Shown: piece by piece, positions 9,385 to 18,126 of the stretch
How positions within the stretch are numbered: the stretch's first letter is position 1
Layout: each line of letters opens with the position of its first letter
Assembly: GCA_965261395.1 (NCBI GenBank)
Contig: OZ253462.1
Span: forward strand, 6,176,001 to 6,240,000
Direction: 5' to 3'
Length of the DNA: 64,000 bases
Source: Candidatus Latescibacterota bacterium
GTDB taxonomy: Bacteria; Latescibacterota; UBA2968; UBA8231
Made by a program: the position numbers and the translations under genes
The notes under the pieces: generated by a model
Seen by the model: the letters and a program-made list of their open reading frames with translations, nothing else
Told to the model about the DNA's origin: nothing
Databases searched by the model: none

Positions 9385-10572
9385 TCATCGGCCAAGCTGC
9401 GCGGCGATTTGCTCGGCGGCCACGAGGTTGCGGCGGAGCTTGGGATGGTCGGGCTGGTGGCGCAGGCCGTGGCGGAAAGAGGCGATGGCGCGGTCGTACT
9501 GCTTGCGCAACATCTGGATATTGCCCAAACCCAAGTGCGCGAGGGCGTACGTGGAATCGGCCTGCAATGCTTGGCGAAACCTCTGCTCGGCCGCATCCAG
9601 TTCCCCACGGCGGAAGTGGATGTTGCCGAGGTTGTGGTGCGCGGGCGCGAAAGCAGGGTCGCGGTCGAGTGCTTGGAGGTAGCGAATGCGCGCTTCTCGC
9701 TGCTGACCGCGCTGTCCGTACACAACGGCCAAGTCGTGGTAGGCCCCGGCGTCGTCTGGATGCGTCGCCAAGGTGTTTTTCAGCATGGCGATCCGGTCTT
9801 CCTCCTCGTCGAGCCGCTTGTACAGCGCGAGCTGGCGTCGCCCCGCTTCCTTCTGTCCAGAGCGCAGCAAGGCGTTGCCGAGGTTGAAGCGGGCTTGGGC
9901 AAACAGCGAATCTAGCTGCACGGCGCGGCGGAATTCGGCCGCGGCCGCGCCGTAGTCGCGCCGGAGGTAATAACTGCGCCCCAGGCCATTGCGAAATTGG
10001 GCCGAGGTCGTGTCCGCGGCTACGGCGCGACTAAAGGCTTGCTCAGCGGCCCCGTAGTCGTTTTGCTTGAGATAGGCTTCGCCGAGGTTGAACCACGCCT
10101 CCCCGTAGCTGGGCACGGCGGCAATGGCGCGCTGATAGGCGGCAATCGCGGCTGGATAGCGCCCCTCGCGGGCGTGCAGCAAGCCCAGCACCATGTGCGC
10201 CCGGGCGCGGTCGGGCTGCTCCCGCACCGTCTGTTCGAGCAAGGCCAAGGCATCGTCGTAGCGGTCGAGGCGCGTAAACAAAATGGCCAACTCGGTCCGC
10301 GTTTTGGCGTGGCTCGGCGCTAGCGCAATGGCCTGCTCGTACGCGCGGACAGCGGCGGGCAGGGCCTCGTTTTTCGCGTGGGCCTCGGCCAACTTGCGGT
10401 AGAGCACTGCCGATTTTGCGTTCTGGTCAACGGCGCGCTGATAGTGGGTGGCGGCTTCTCCGTAGTGGCCGGCGCGCATTGAGCGGTCGCCGTGTACTTC
10501 GTGCGCCGGCTCGGAGGCTTCCCCACAGCCGGCAATCGCCAGCAGGAGCAGAAAGGGTCTGTACCAAAGCAT
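9385..10572 (-). CDS. Tetratricopeptide-repeat lipoprotein
   Basis: Many TPR units (AWFNLG, AHHNLGN); IAGC lipobox. Confidence 0.85.
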   Translation of the reverse strand: MLWYRPFLLLLAIAGCGEASEPAHEVHGDRSMRAGHYGEAATHYQRAVDQNAKSAVLYRKLAEAHAKNEALPAAVRAYEQAIALAPSHAKTRTELAILFTRLDRYDDALALLEQTVREQPDRARAHMVLGLLHAREGRYPAAIAAYQRAIAAVPSYGEAWFNLGEAYLKQNDYGAAEQAFSRAVAADTTSAQFRNGLGRSYYLRRDYGAAAAEFRRAVQLDSLFAQARFNLGNALLRSGQKEAGRRQLALYKRLDEEEDRIAMLKNTLATHPDDAGAYHDLAVVYGQRGQQREARIRYLQALDRDPAFAPAHHNLGNIHFRRGELDAAEQRFRQALQADSTYALAHLGLGNIQMLRKQYDRAIASFRHGLRHQPDHPKLRRNLVAAEQIAAQLGR

Positions 10573-10623
10573 ATAAAAAGTATAGACCGGGCCAATAATA
10601 CCGACAAACGCAAAGGACGACCC

Positions 10624-11913
10624 ATGAAACGCAGAGCATTCTTCAAGGGAGTTGCCGCAGCCGCAGCCGCAGCCCCGCTCCTTCCCGACGTGGTAGAAGG
10701 GCTTGCCGAGCGGCTCGGCACCCTCGGCAGAGACGTAGCCTCCGCTAGCAGCGAGCGCGCGCTGTGGCAGCGGCTGCGCCGAGAGTTTCGCCTGCACCCG
10801 GGCTTAGTGCATCTCAACTGCGGCAGTATTGGTGCGACGCCCCGCGTGGTGACCGACGCCCTGACCGCGTACCTCGCCGAGCTAGAAGGCAATCCGCTGG
10901 CCAATACCTGGGGCGGCCTCGGCAGCGAGATGGAACAGGTGCGGGCCAAGGGGGCGGAGTTCATTGGGGGCGAGCTAGACGAGGTCGTGCTGACGCGCAA
11001 CACGACCGAGGGCATGAACCACGTAGCCAGCGGCCTCGACCTCCAGCCGGGCGACGAGGTGCTGACGACAAATCACGAGCACGGCGGCGGCATGGTCTGC
11101 TGGCAGCACCTAGCGCGAACTCGCGGTGTCGTGGTTCGCTGCATCAAAATGCCCAATCCCGTGCGCGATGCCGCCCAGATCCTGCAACTAGTGGAGGATC
11201 ACCTGACGCCGCGCACCCGCGTGTGCAGCTTCTGTCACATCGACACCATCACCGGGCTGCAAATGCCGCTGGCGGCCATCGCCGCCCTCACCCGGCCCCG
11301 CGACATCCTGCTAGTCTGCGACGGAGCGCAGGCCCCGGGCATGATCGACGTCGACGTCAAAGCGCTCGGCGTCGATACCTATGCTTCCAGCAGCCACAAG
11401 TGGATGCTTGCGCCCAAGGGCACGGGACTGCTCTATATCCGCAAGGAAGTGCAAGATCGCGTCCGGCCCGTGTTCACGTATTCCGGTTACAGCGCCTATT
11501 CGGCCTCGTCCGGCACCCGCAACGTACCGCAGATCGTCGCGCACGGGGTAGCGATGGAATTCCACAACACCATTGGCCGTCCGCTCGTCGAAGCGCGCTG
11601 CCGCCAGCTCTGCGCCTACGCGCGCCAGCGCCTAGCAGAAATCCCCCAGCTCGTACCTCTCACCCCGCCCCAGCGCGAGCTGTCCTCGGGCATCGCCAGT
11701 TTCTCGCTCACCAGCGGCAGCCACAGCGAAGTCGTCGCCGCGCTGCAAAAGCGTGACATCTTCCTCAAACCAGCCCAGGGCACGTACGCCTACGTGGAGG
11801 ACGCTGGCGTGCCAAAGGAAAACTACAACGCCATCCGCATCTCCACGCACATCTTCAACGACGAGACCGACATCGACCGCGCCGTCGAGGCGTTGCAGCA
11901 AGTCCTCGGCTGA
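10624..11913 (+). CDS. Tat-exported class V aminotransferase (isopenicillin-N-epimerase/cysteine-desulfhydrase-like)
   Basis: MKRRAFFKG Tat motif; NTTEG, EH, DGAQ, SSHKW PLP lysine. Confidence 0.88.
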   Translation: MKRRAFFKGVAAAAAAAPLLPDVVEGLAERLGTLGRDVASASSERALWQRLRREFRLHPGLVHLNCGSIGATPRVVTDALTAYLAELEGNPLANTWGGLGSEMEQVRAKGAEFIGGELDEVVLTRNTTEGMNHVASGLDLQPGDEVLTTNHEHGGGMVCWQHLARTRGVVVRCIKMPNPVRDAAQILQLVEDHLTPRTRVCSFCHIDTITGLQMPLAAIAALTRPRDILLVCDGAQAPGMIDVDVKALGVDTYASSSHKWMLAPKGTGLLYIRKEVQDRVRPVFTYSGYSAYSASSGTRNVPQIVAHGVAMEFHNTIGRPLVEARCRQLCAYARQRLAEIPQLVPLTPPQRELSSGIASFSLTSGSHSEVVAALQKRDIFLKPAQGTYAYVEDAGVPKENYNAIRISTHIFNDETDIDRAVEALQQVLG

Positions 11914-11945
11914 TTATGACCTACCCCTCCTTGACCTTCCTTCCT

Positions 11946-11975
11946 CGTAGGGGCGACCGGCCGGTCGCCCCTACG
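11946..11975. repeat. Perfect 30-bp palindrome, GTAG-family REP-like
   Basis: cgtaggggcgaccggccggtcgcccctacg. Confidence 0.8.
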
Positions 11976-11979
11976 TCTT

Positions 11980-12005
11980 TGAACGAAATTGCGGCCTCAT
12001 CCGTA
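11980..12005 (+). promoter_or_regulatory. Putative ECF-type autoregulatory promoter
   Basis: TGAAC-N17-CGTA upstream of the ECF sigma gene. Confidence 0.5.
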
Positions 12006-12064
12006 TAAATAAATAGATATGAACAATATCAGGGCCGCAGGCTAAAACTCGTCTGGATTCCCCG

Positions 12065-12595
12065 ATGGGCTGGAGCGACGAAGCATTGATGGAAAATCTC
12101 CGCCAAGGAGATATGCAGGCGTTTGACGAACTCTACACGCGCCATCGCCAGCCCCTTTTCAATTTTATCTTTCGGCTCTTGCAGGACGCGGCCTTGGCAG
12201 AAGATGTGTTTCAGGAGACTTACATGCGCGTATTGGAAAACGCCGACCGCTTCAACCCTCGGGGCAAATTTTCAACCTGGCTCTATACCGTGGCCCACAA
12301 CCTGTGTATGGACGAACTGCGCCGCCAAAGCATGAGCATTCCTGCCGAGCAAATGGCCATGCCGCCACCGGCTCGCGGCCCCCACGACCATTTGCTCAAA
12401 CGAGAAGACGAAGAAGCCGCACACCAACTGCTCGCGGCCCTGCAACCCCACTTGCGCGCCGTCGTCGTCCTCCGCGTCCTGCACGATTACTCGCAGGAAG
12501 AGACCGCGAAGATTGTCGGGGTACCCGTCGGAACCGTCAAAAGCCGTTTGCACCACGCCCTAAAACAACTGCGCCAACTGGCACCGGACCCATGA
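12065..12595 (+). CDS. ECF sigma-70 factor
   Basis: AEDVFQETY, FSTWLY, GVPVGTVKSRLHHA. Confidence 0.93.
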   Translation: MGWSDEALMENLRQGDMQAFDELYTRHRQPLFNFIFRLLQDAALAEDVFQETYMRVLENADRFNPRGKFSTWLYTVAHNLCMDELRRQSMSIPAEQMAMPPPARGPHDHLLKREDEEAAHQLLAALQPHLRAVVVLRVLHDYSQEETAKIVGVPVGTVKSRLHHALKQLRQLAPDP

Positions 12596-12942
12596 ACCAA
12601 GACCACCGCACCATACAAGAGATTCAAGCGCTATTGGGCTCTGTACCCGAAGTGCAGGTGCCGCCTAGACTGGACGAGGAAGTGCGGTCTAAAGCCGTGA
12701 GTTGGGCCAGAAAAAGGCGGGCCGAAAAAGCGAGGATTCACATCCCGCTTTACGGCAAGATCGCCTTGGGGCTAGTCGCCTTGGAATTGTTCGCCCTGCT
12801 CTACGCCGTAGGCCCAAGGCTCGACATAGACCAGATCATAAGGGCCTCTGTCATCGGCTTAGTCGGCTTGAACGTCGTCTCGCTATTGACGAGCCCGATT
12901 ATTCTTTTACACCGCCAAAGAAGGAAGCTATCCCATGAATGA
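12592..12942 (+). CDS. Putative membrane anti-sigma factor
   Basis: ATGA overlap with sigma gene; two C-terminal TM helices. Confidence 0.6.
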   Translation: MNQDHRTIQEIQALLGSVPEVQVPPRLDEEVRSKAVSWARKRRAEKARIHIPLYGKIALGLVALELFALLYAVGPRLDIDQIIRASVIGLVGLNVVSLLTSPIILLHRQRRKLSHE

Positions 12943-13846
12943 ACGCCTGAAAGATACTCTGCATAGATGGCTGCCTAAGCTAGCCATCTTGAGTGTGCTG
13001 GTTCTTCTCACATCTTTCCTGATCAACGAATACTACGTGGCTCCAAGGTACGACGCCGCTGCAAAAGAGGATCGCGACAAACGGCACCATCACGTTCAGG
13101 AATACAAGCAGAAAGAGGAGGCAAAGGCAGTCGAGCTCAAAGCCGCCCTAGAGCGGATCGTGGGCCTCATAGATACACTCGACGGTAACGTGCAGACTCA
13201 AGAGGCTTTGAGCGAAGCAGTAGCTCAAGAAGAAGCCATCGGCGAGGTATGGGTGACCAATGCCCAGGGCCTCATTGTGTATTACGGCCGGCATATCCCC
13301 CCGGTGCGCAATGTCGCAGATTTTCCCCTTGGGTCCCTGACTAAGATATTGAATATGGTCCCCGAAGATGTGATTTCACCCATACAGCGGACCGCTATCC
13401 TATTGCCTACGATAATCGGGGGTCATTGGTATAGGGTCTCGCCTTCATTTTCCTCTTTAAGTGTCGGCATCGACACAATCCCAAAGCACCTAATCATTTT
13501 TACGGAAGAACCCTTTACAATATACGGCGGTGAGCTTGTAGAAATGAACCGCGTCAAGGATGGCTTAATCGCCGCGACGGTCTCGCGGCCGCAGTATAAC
13601 CCTCCGCTTCAGGAGAGAAGCGAGGAAAGCGAAAGGCTCAGTCTTTTGCGCAATACGACCGGAATTGCGGCCCTAGCCGGCTTTATCCTCTTCTGGCTCT
13701 TCATCCCTGCGTGGATCGCCTTAGACGCCCAAAAAAGACGGGAGAAAGCCGCAGTTTGGGGCCTATTCGGGCTCTTGGGCAATATGATCGCCTTGGTCGT
13801 CTACTTGCTAGTGCGCGAAAATGGGAAACCGTCTGAAAATCCCTAG
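12935..13846 (+). CDS. Membrane protein with extracytoplasmic domain
   Basis: N-terminal TM, soluble domain, C-terminal W..DAQKR...WG.FG.LGN hairpin; coupled to the sigma operon. Confidence 0.65.
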   Translation: MNERLKDTLHRWLPKLAILSVLVLLTSFLINEYYVAPRYDAAAKEDRDKRHHHVQEYKQKEEAKAVELKAALERIVGLIDTLDGNVQTQEALSEAVAQEEAIGEVWVTNAQGLIVYYGRHIPPVRNVADFPLGSLTKILNMVPEDVISPIQRTAILLPTIIGGHWYRVSPSFSSLSVGIDTIPKHLIIFTEEPFTIYGGELVEMNRVKDGLIAATVSRPQYNPPLQERSEESERLSLLRNTTGIAALAGFILFWLFIPAWIALDAQKRREKAAVWGLFGLLGNMIALVVYLLVRENGKPSENP

Positions 13847-13916
13847 CGAGCCAACGCGGCAGTTACCGGGGATTTGTCACGCCTAAAGGCGCGGTGAAAC
13901 AGACGGCTTTTAAGCC

Positions 13917-14915
13917 TCAGCGCCGATTGCCGCCCTCGGGTCCGATCTCGCCCGTACCCACCCCAACGCCCGTGAGCACCTCGCTGTAGCCGGGATAAGT
14001 GACGGCGTATTGGAAGCCCTCGTTGGTGCCAGCCGCGCCAAAACGGCCCTGCTTGTCGAGCGCGACGAAGTTGAGGTGCAACTCCTCGACCGGACGCGGG
14101 TCGAGCGCGACGATGCGGCGGATGGTCTCGACGCAGGCTTCCTCCGGGTGCAGCCCCTGGCGCATGTACTCGACCGCGAGGAAAGTGGCGCAGTAGCGCA
14201 TGACATTTTCGCCCAAACCAGTGGCCCCGGCCGCGCCCACGCCCCCAGCGACGTACAAGCCGCTGCCGATGATCGGCGAATCGCCGACGCGGCCCGGTAG
14301 CTTGTAGCCCCAGCCGCTGGTCGAACAGCCGCCAGCGAGCCGCCCCTCACCGTCGAGGCCAAGCAAGGCGATGGTGTCGTGATTGTCGGCCGCGCCCTGC
14401 TTCTCCCGCCATTCCTCCCACGCCTTGCGCCTTTCTTCCGTCAACAACTCGACGCTGGCAAAACCCTGCTCCAGCGCAAACTGCCGCGCGCCTGCGCCAA
14501 CGAGCATGACGTGCTTGGTCTCGTCCATCACCCGGCGTGCCACCGAGATCGGGTGCAGGATTCCCTCAATGGCGGCGACGCTGCCAGCGCGTTGCCCCTC
14601 TCCGTCCATGATACAGGCGTCTAGCTGCACCACGCCCCGAGCGTTGGGTATGCCCCCCAATCCTACGGATGGGTTGGAGGCGTCGGCCTCGGCCACGTGG
14701 ATGCCGCGCTCGACTGCGTCGAGGACCGAGCCGCCCTGTTCGGCGGTCCGCAGTGATTGTTCGTTGGCGGCTTTGCCAAAGGGCCACGTAGAAATAAAGA
14801 GGGGGCGAGCAGTGTTCATGGGAATGTCCTTTTCCGCGCGCGCCGTTCCGGCGAGGGCCAGGCCGCCGGCGGCTAGCGCGGTCTCGCGCATGAAACGGCG
14901 GCGACTCAGCGGCAT
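13917..14915 (-). CDS. N4-(beta-N-acetylglucosaminyl)-L-asparaginase (Ntn hydrolase), Tat signal
   Basis: SRRRFM; HDTI autocleavage site; GRVGDSPIIG; TGLGE. Confidence 0.92.
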   Translation of the reverse strand: MPLSRRRFMRETALAAGGLALAGTARAEKDIPMNTARPLFISTWPFGKAANEQSLRTAEQGGSVLDAVERGIHVAEADASNPSVGLGGIPNARGVVQLDACIMDGEGQRAGSVAAIEGILHPISVARRVMDETKHVMLVGAGARQFALEQGFASVELLTEERRKAWEEWREKQGAADNHDTIALLGLDGEGRLAGGCSTSGWGYKLPGRVGDSPIIGSGLYVAGGVGAAGATGLGENVMRYCATFLAVEYMRQGLHPEEACVETIRRIVALDPRPVEELHLNFVALDKQGRFGAAGTNEGFQYAVTYPGYSEVLTGVGVGTGEIGPEGGNRR

Positions 14916-14918
14916 GGC

Positions 14919-15425
14919 CTAATCCTCGTCGGCACCGTTATGGTGGCCATCGCCATCCTCGTCGGCACCGTCATGGTGGCCATCGCCATCCTCGTCCTCG
15001 TCATCGTCGTCCTTATAGGCGATGGCGGCGATCTCAACGCGAAAGTCAAAGACGATCTGCGCCCCGCCGGTGCAGGCCCGCGCCGGGAACTGCTCTTTAA
15101 AGTAGGAAGCGTATGCCTTGTTCATCTCGTGGTAATCTTCAATGTCCGAGAGCCAGACGGTGACGTTGACCAAGTCGTCGTACGCATACCCGTGTTCCTC
15201 AAGTATCCGCCCGATGTTTTCCATGATCTGATGAGTCTCGGCCGCGACCGACTCCTTGACGTCGGCACCGTCGGCCGTGCGGGCGATCTGGCCGCTGATG
15301 AAGAGGAAGTCGTCGGCTTGGCGGGCCGAGCTGAAGGGCAGGGTCTTGAGGGGCACGGCCTCTTGGGCAAGGGCTGGCGAGACGGCGAGCGCAAACGCGA
15401 ACGCGGCGCGGATACAGCTTTTCAT
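14919..15425 (-). CDS. RidA/YjgF-family protein with signal peptide and acidic His-rich tail
   Basis: LFISGQI, MNKAYASYF, FPAR, VEI; 33-bp repeat EDGDGHH(D/N)GAD. Confidence 0.85.
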   Translation of the reverse strand: MKSCIRAAFAFALAVSPALAQEAVPLKTLPFSSARQADDFLFISGQIARTADGADVKESVAAETHQIMENIGRILEEHGYAYDDLVNVTVWLSDIEDYHEMNKAYASYFKEQFPARACTGGAQIVFDFRVEIAAIAYKDDDDEDEDGDGHHDGADEDGDGHHNGADED

Positions 15426-15641
15426 AAGGCATCTCCTGGTTCGAGTTAGACCCGTTAATAAGCTCAATAGGACATGCGGCGACAACCGGCGCTGGCCGCC
15501 GATGTGGGCCGGGCCAGTGTTCTTTCTATTTTATTGAAATAATGCCGTTACTGTATTTTATTGACAGAGAAATGGTCTGCACTTATTTTTTATGCTGCAC
15601 AGAATTTTACTGCTATAACCCCGATTAAGGAGATTCCAATT

Positions 15642-15845
15642 ATGACTGAACTGACCTCCCACGACCACGGTGAGCGCATCGGCCGCCTCGAAGGCATCAT
15701 CGAGCAAATTAACGAGCGCCTCGGCGGCATAACCCGTCACCTCGACAGCCTAGAAATCAACCACCGCCGAGACTTTCGCTGGCTCATCGGCCTTCAGTTG
15801 GCTACTTGGGGCACGATAGTGGGTTTGAAACTATTTGGTGGATAG
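15642..15845 (+). CDS. Small coiled-coil plus TM protein (XhlA/DUF1640-like)
   Basis: AAGGAG RBS; ERIGRLEG...DFRWLIGL. Confidence 0.65.
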   Translation: MTELTSHDHGERIGRLEGIIEQINERLGGITRHLDSLEINHRRDFRWLIGLQLATWGTIVGLKLFGG

Positions 15846-15857
15846 CCGCCACATCAT

Positions 15858-16451
15858 TTGAAACCTGTCGATTGCAAGTTGTTAAAGACGCTTAAAGATA
15901 TAGCCCGCGTCCAGATGGGCCTTTCCTTTCGTTCCCGCATTGAGCCGGAAGCTGATGGGACTATTGCAGTCATTCAGATGCGCGACCTGACCGAGGATAA
16001 TAAATTGAGCCACCGCAATCTGATTACTACTAAAATGAATGATCTCAGCGACCGCCATTTGGTAAAACGCAAAGATTTGATCTTCCGCTCCAGAGGGCAG
16101 ACCACTACGGCGGCAATTATTGATACGGAAATAGGTCCGGCGGTTGTCGCGGCCCCCCTATTGAGAGTCCGAGTTACGAACAAACACGTCCTCCCGGAAT
16201 ATCTCTGCTGGTTCGTCAACCAAGCGTCAGCGCAGGCGTTTTTGCACAGCAGGGCTACCGGGACGGCGATGACGATGATCGGCAAGTCCGCCCTCGATGC
16301 TTTAGAAGTTCTCCTGCCCTCCCTCGAAACTCAGGGGCAAATCGTCGCCCTAGCCGATTTATCGAATAAGGAGCAGAGGCTGATGAAAGAGTTGGCGGAG
16401 AAAAAGGAAAAACTAGTCAACGGGATTCAGATGCGATTGGCAACTAATTGA
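15858..16451 (+). CDS. hsdS: Short single-TRD type I R-M specificity subunit
   Basis: LKDIA...G...R; DLIFRSRG; LPSLETQGQIV conserved helix. Confidence 0.75.
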   Translation: MKPVDCKLLKTLKDIARVQMGLSFRSRIEPEADGTIAVIQMRDLTEDNKLSHRNLITTKMNDLSDRHLVKRKDLIFRSRGQTTTAAIIDTEIGPAVVAAPLLRVRVTNKHVLPEYLCWFVNQASAQAFLHSRATGTAMTMIGKSALDALEVLLPSLETQGQIVALADLSNKEQRLMKELAEKKEKLVNGIQMRLATN

Positions 16452-16692
16452 CCCTAACAGCACGATAGGCAACTCACAATGATTGATGATTCCGAGACCA
16501 ATAGGGCCCGAGGCACCCGAAGTGATATTCCTACTGAAGCGTAGGCAATAGTCTTTTTTCGCAGCCACCTGCTATGGAATCCACTTCAGGTAACAGCGCG
16601 GTGTTGCACTGTGACGCAGGTGGCACTTTGACCTTCGGCAACCCGTTTCGCGGGTTTGCGAACCGGAAAACATTAGACGAGAGGCAATAGAC

Positions 16693-16781
16693 TACCCCGC
16701 CGCAAGCAGCGGGGTATTAGCGGGAACTACTTGACGGCCTACGCCGCAAGCGGCGGGGTATTAGACCCGAATGAGAATAAA
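16693..16781. repeat. Two related hairpins (cgccgcaagcRgcggggtattag), possibly IS200/IS605-type ends
   Basis: taccccgccgcaagcagcggggta at 16693-16716 and second copy at 16742-16764. Confidence 0.55.
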
Positions 16782-16796
16782 AATAGCCCTCTATAG

Positions 16797-17579
16797 GTGA
16801 ATGAGTTGGAAATTCTACGTATCTGTATATTCTGCAAGCTGGGTCCCGATAGGACGTCTTTCAATAAAAGAGCACATATAATTCCGCGTTTTTTAGGATC
16901 AGATGTAGTATTGCAGAACGCTTATGAGTGTGCCCAGTGTAATGCATCATTTGGCAAAAACATAGAAGCACTCGTATCCGAGGAAGAATTCGGTTTTTTC
17001 AGAGCGTTTCTAAACATACCGAGAATCGATTCTAAAGGGCGGACTAAACTAGCACCTAACTATGGAGATGATGGTCTAATGGTAAGACCGACCGACCGAA
17101 ACAACCTTCATTCAGGAAATCCTGATTTCATCATTAAAGTTGTAGAAGGTGCCAATTCTAAAATAAAATTCGACTTTGATCCTCTAGAAAGAGAGCTTCA
17201 TTTCTCTTGGCAACGCCGCAATGTATGCCATCTAGTTAGCCGTCTTCTTTCAAAAATGCTCATAGAAGCTACTGCGGAGTTCCATGGAGCTCGAGATGTT
17301 TTCTTACCGGTATTTGAACCCCATCGGAATAACGCATTAGGTAAGGTCGGTTCACGTAATGAATTCATCCCATATTCAGTACAGTTTATTCCAGGTGGCA
17401 TAAGTGGAGCTTTTATAGTTCTTATGCCACCCCCCTCACTGGCGCTCGGATTCTTTGCAGGTGTGACAGCTTATTTCATGCCCTTACATCTCAATGGGGC
17501 TGGTTATCTGGAAAGGTATAGATTCAAACGAGTACAACCTAGCAATGTACCCTCCAAAATTCAGCAGCATATTGCATAA
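16797..17579 (+). CDS. HNH endonuclease (HNH_5-like) with uncharacterised C-terminal domain
   Basis: CIFC...HIIPRFLG...CAQCN; AT-richer than host. Confidence 0.75.
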   Translation: MNELEILRICIFCKLGPDRTSFNKRAHIIPRFLGSDVVLQNAYECAQCNASFGKNIEALVSEEEFGFFRAFLNIPRIDSKGRTKLAPNYGDDGLMVRPTDRNNLHSGNPDFIIKVVEGANSKIKFDFDPLERELHFSWQRRNVCHLVSRLLSKMLIEATAEFHGARDVFLPVFEPHRNNALGKVGSRNEFIPYSVQFIPGGISGAFIVLMPPPSLALGFFAGVTAYFMPLHLNGAGYLERYRFKRVQPSNVPSKIQQHIA

Positions 17580-17589
17580 AACTCATAGA

Positions 17590-18109
17590 TACGAATGGTA
17601 AAAAGGTGCATCATATCTTGTTGAATCATCTGCGGGTAGCCGATCAGATTGATTGGTCTCGGCGGTGGTCGATAGTGCTTCGGTGCGTGCAGTTGGGGGG
17701 TGCCCACGGGTCCCAATCCGACCAATCGCGGCAAACCGGACAGTAAACACCATTCGCAGTTGGTGCCGTTGGTGGATCGCATTCCACCGGTGGCGGGTCG
17801 GGTCGGTCGCCCGCGGCGTCCGGACCGGGTGCAAGGCGACCGGGCCTATGACTCGCAAGCACATCGGGACGCGTTGCATAAGCGGGGTATCGCGGCGGTG
17901 TTGGCCGGTGCAGACAGGCGCATGGCAGTGGCTTGGGAGTCTATCGGCAGGTGGTGGAACGGACGCTGGCATGGCTGCATCAATTTCGTCGGCTTCGAGT
18001 CCGTTGGGAGCGACGCGACGACATCCATGAGGCGTTGCTCGACATGGGATGTATTCCCATCTGTTGGAATTTCCTCAAGGAAACGTAACGGGTTTTGTTA
18101 GGGACTCTA
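17590..18109 (+). pseudogene. Degenerate IS5-family transposase
   Basis: QIDWSR/VVDSASVRA, TGPNPTNRGKPDSKHH, GDRAYDS fragments with frameshifts; probable end ttttgttagggactc. Confidence 0.8.
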
Positions 18110-18126
18110 AATAGGAGCAGCAAGAT

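Noticed and set aside
16585-16680. Possible integron attC site (taac ... hairpin ... attagac)
   Set aside because: Neither RYYYAAC nor GTTRRRY box is intact, and no integrase or cassette array is present
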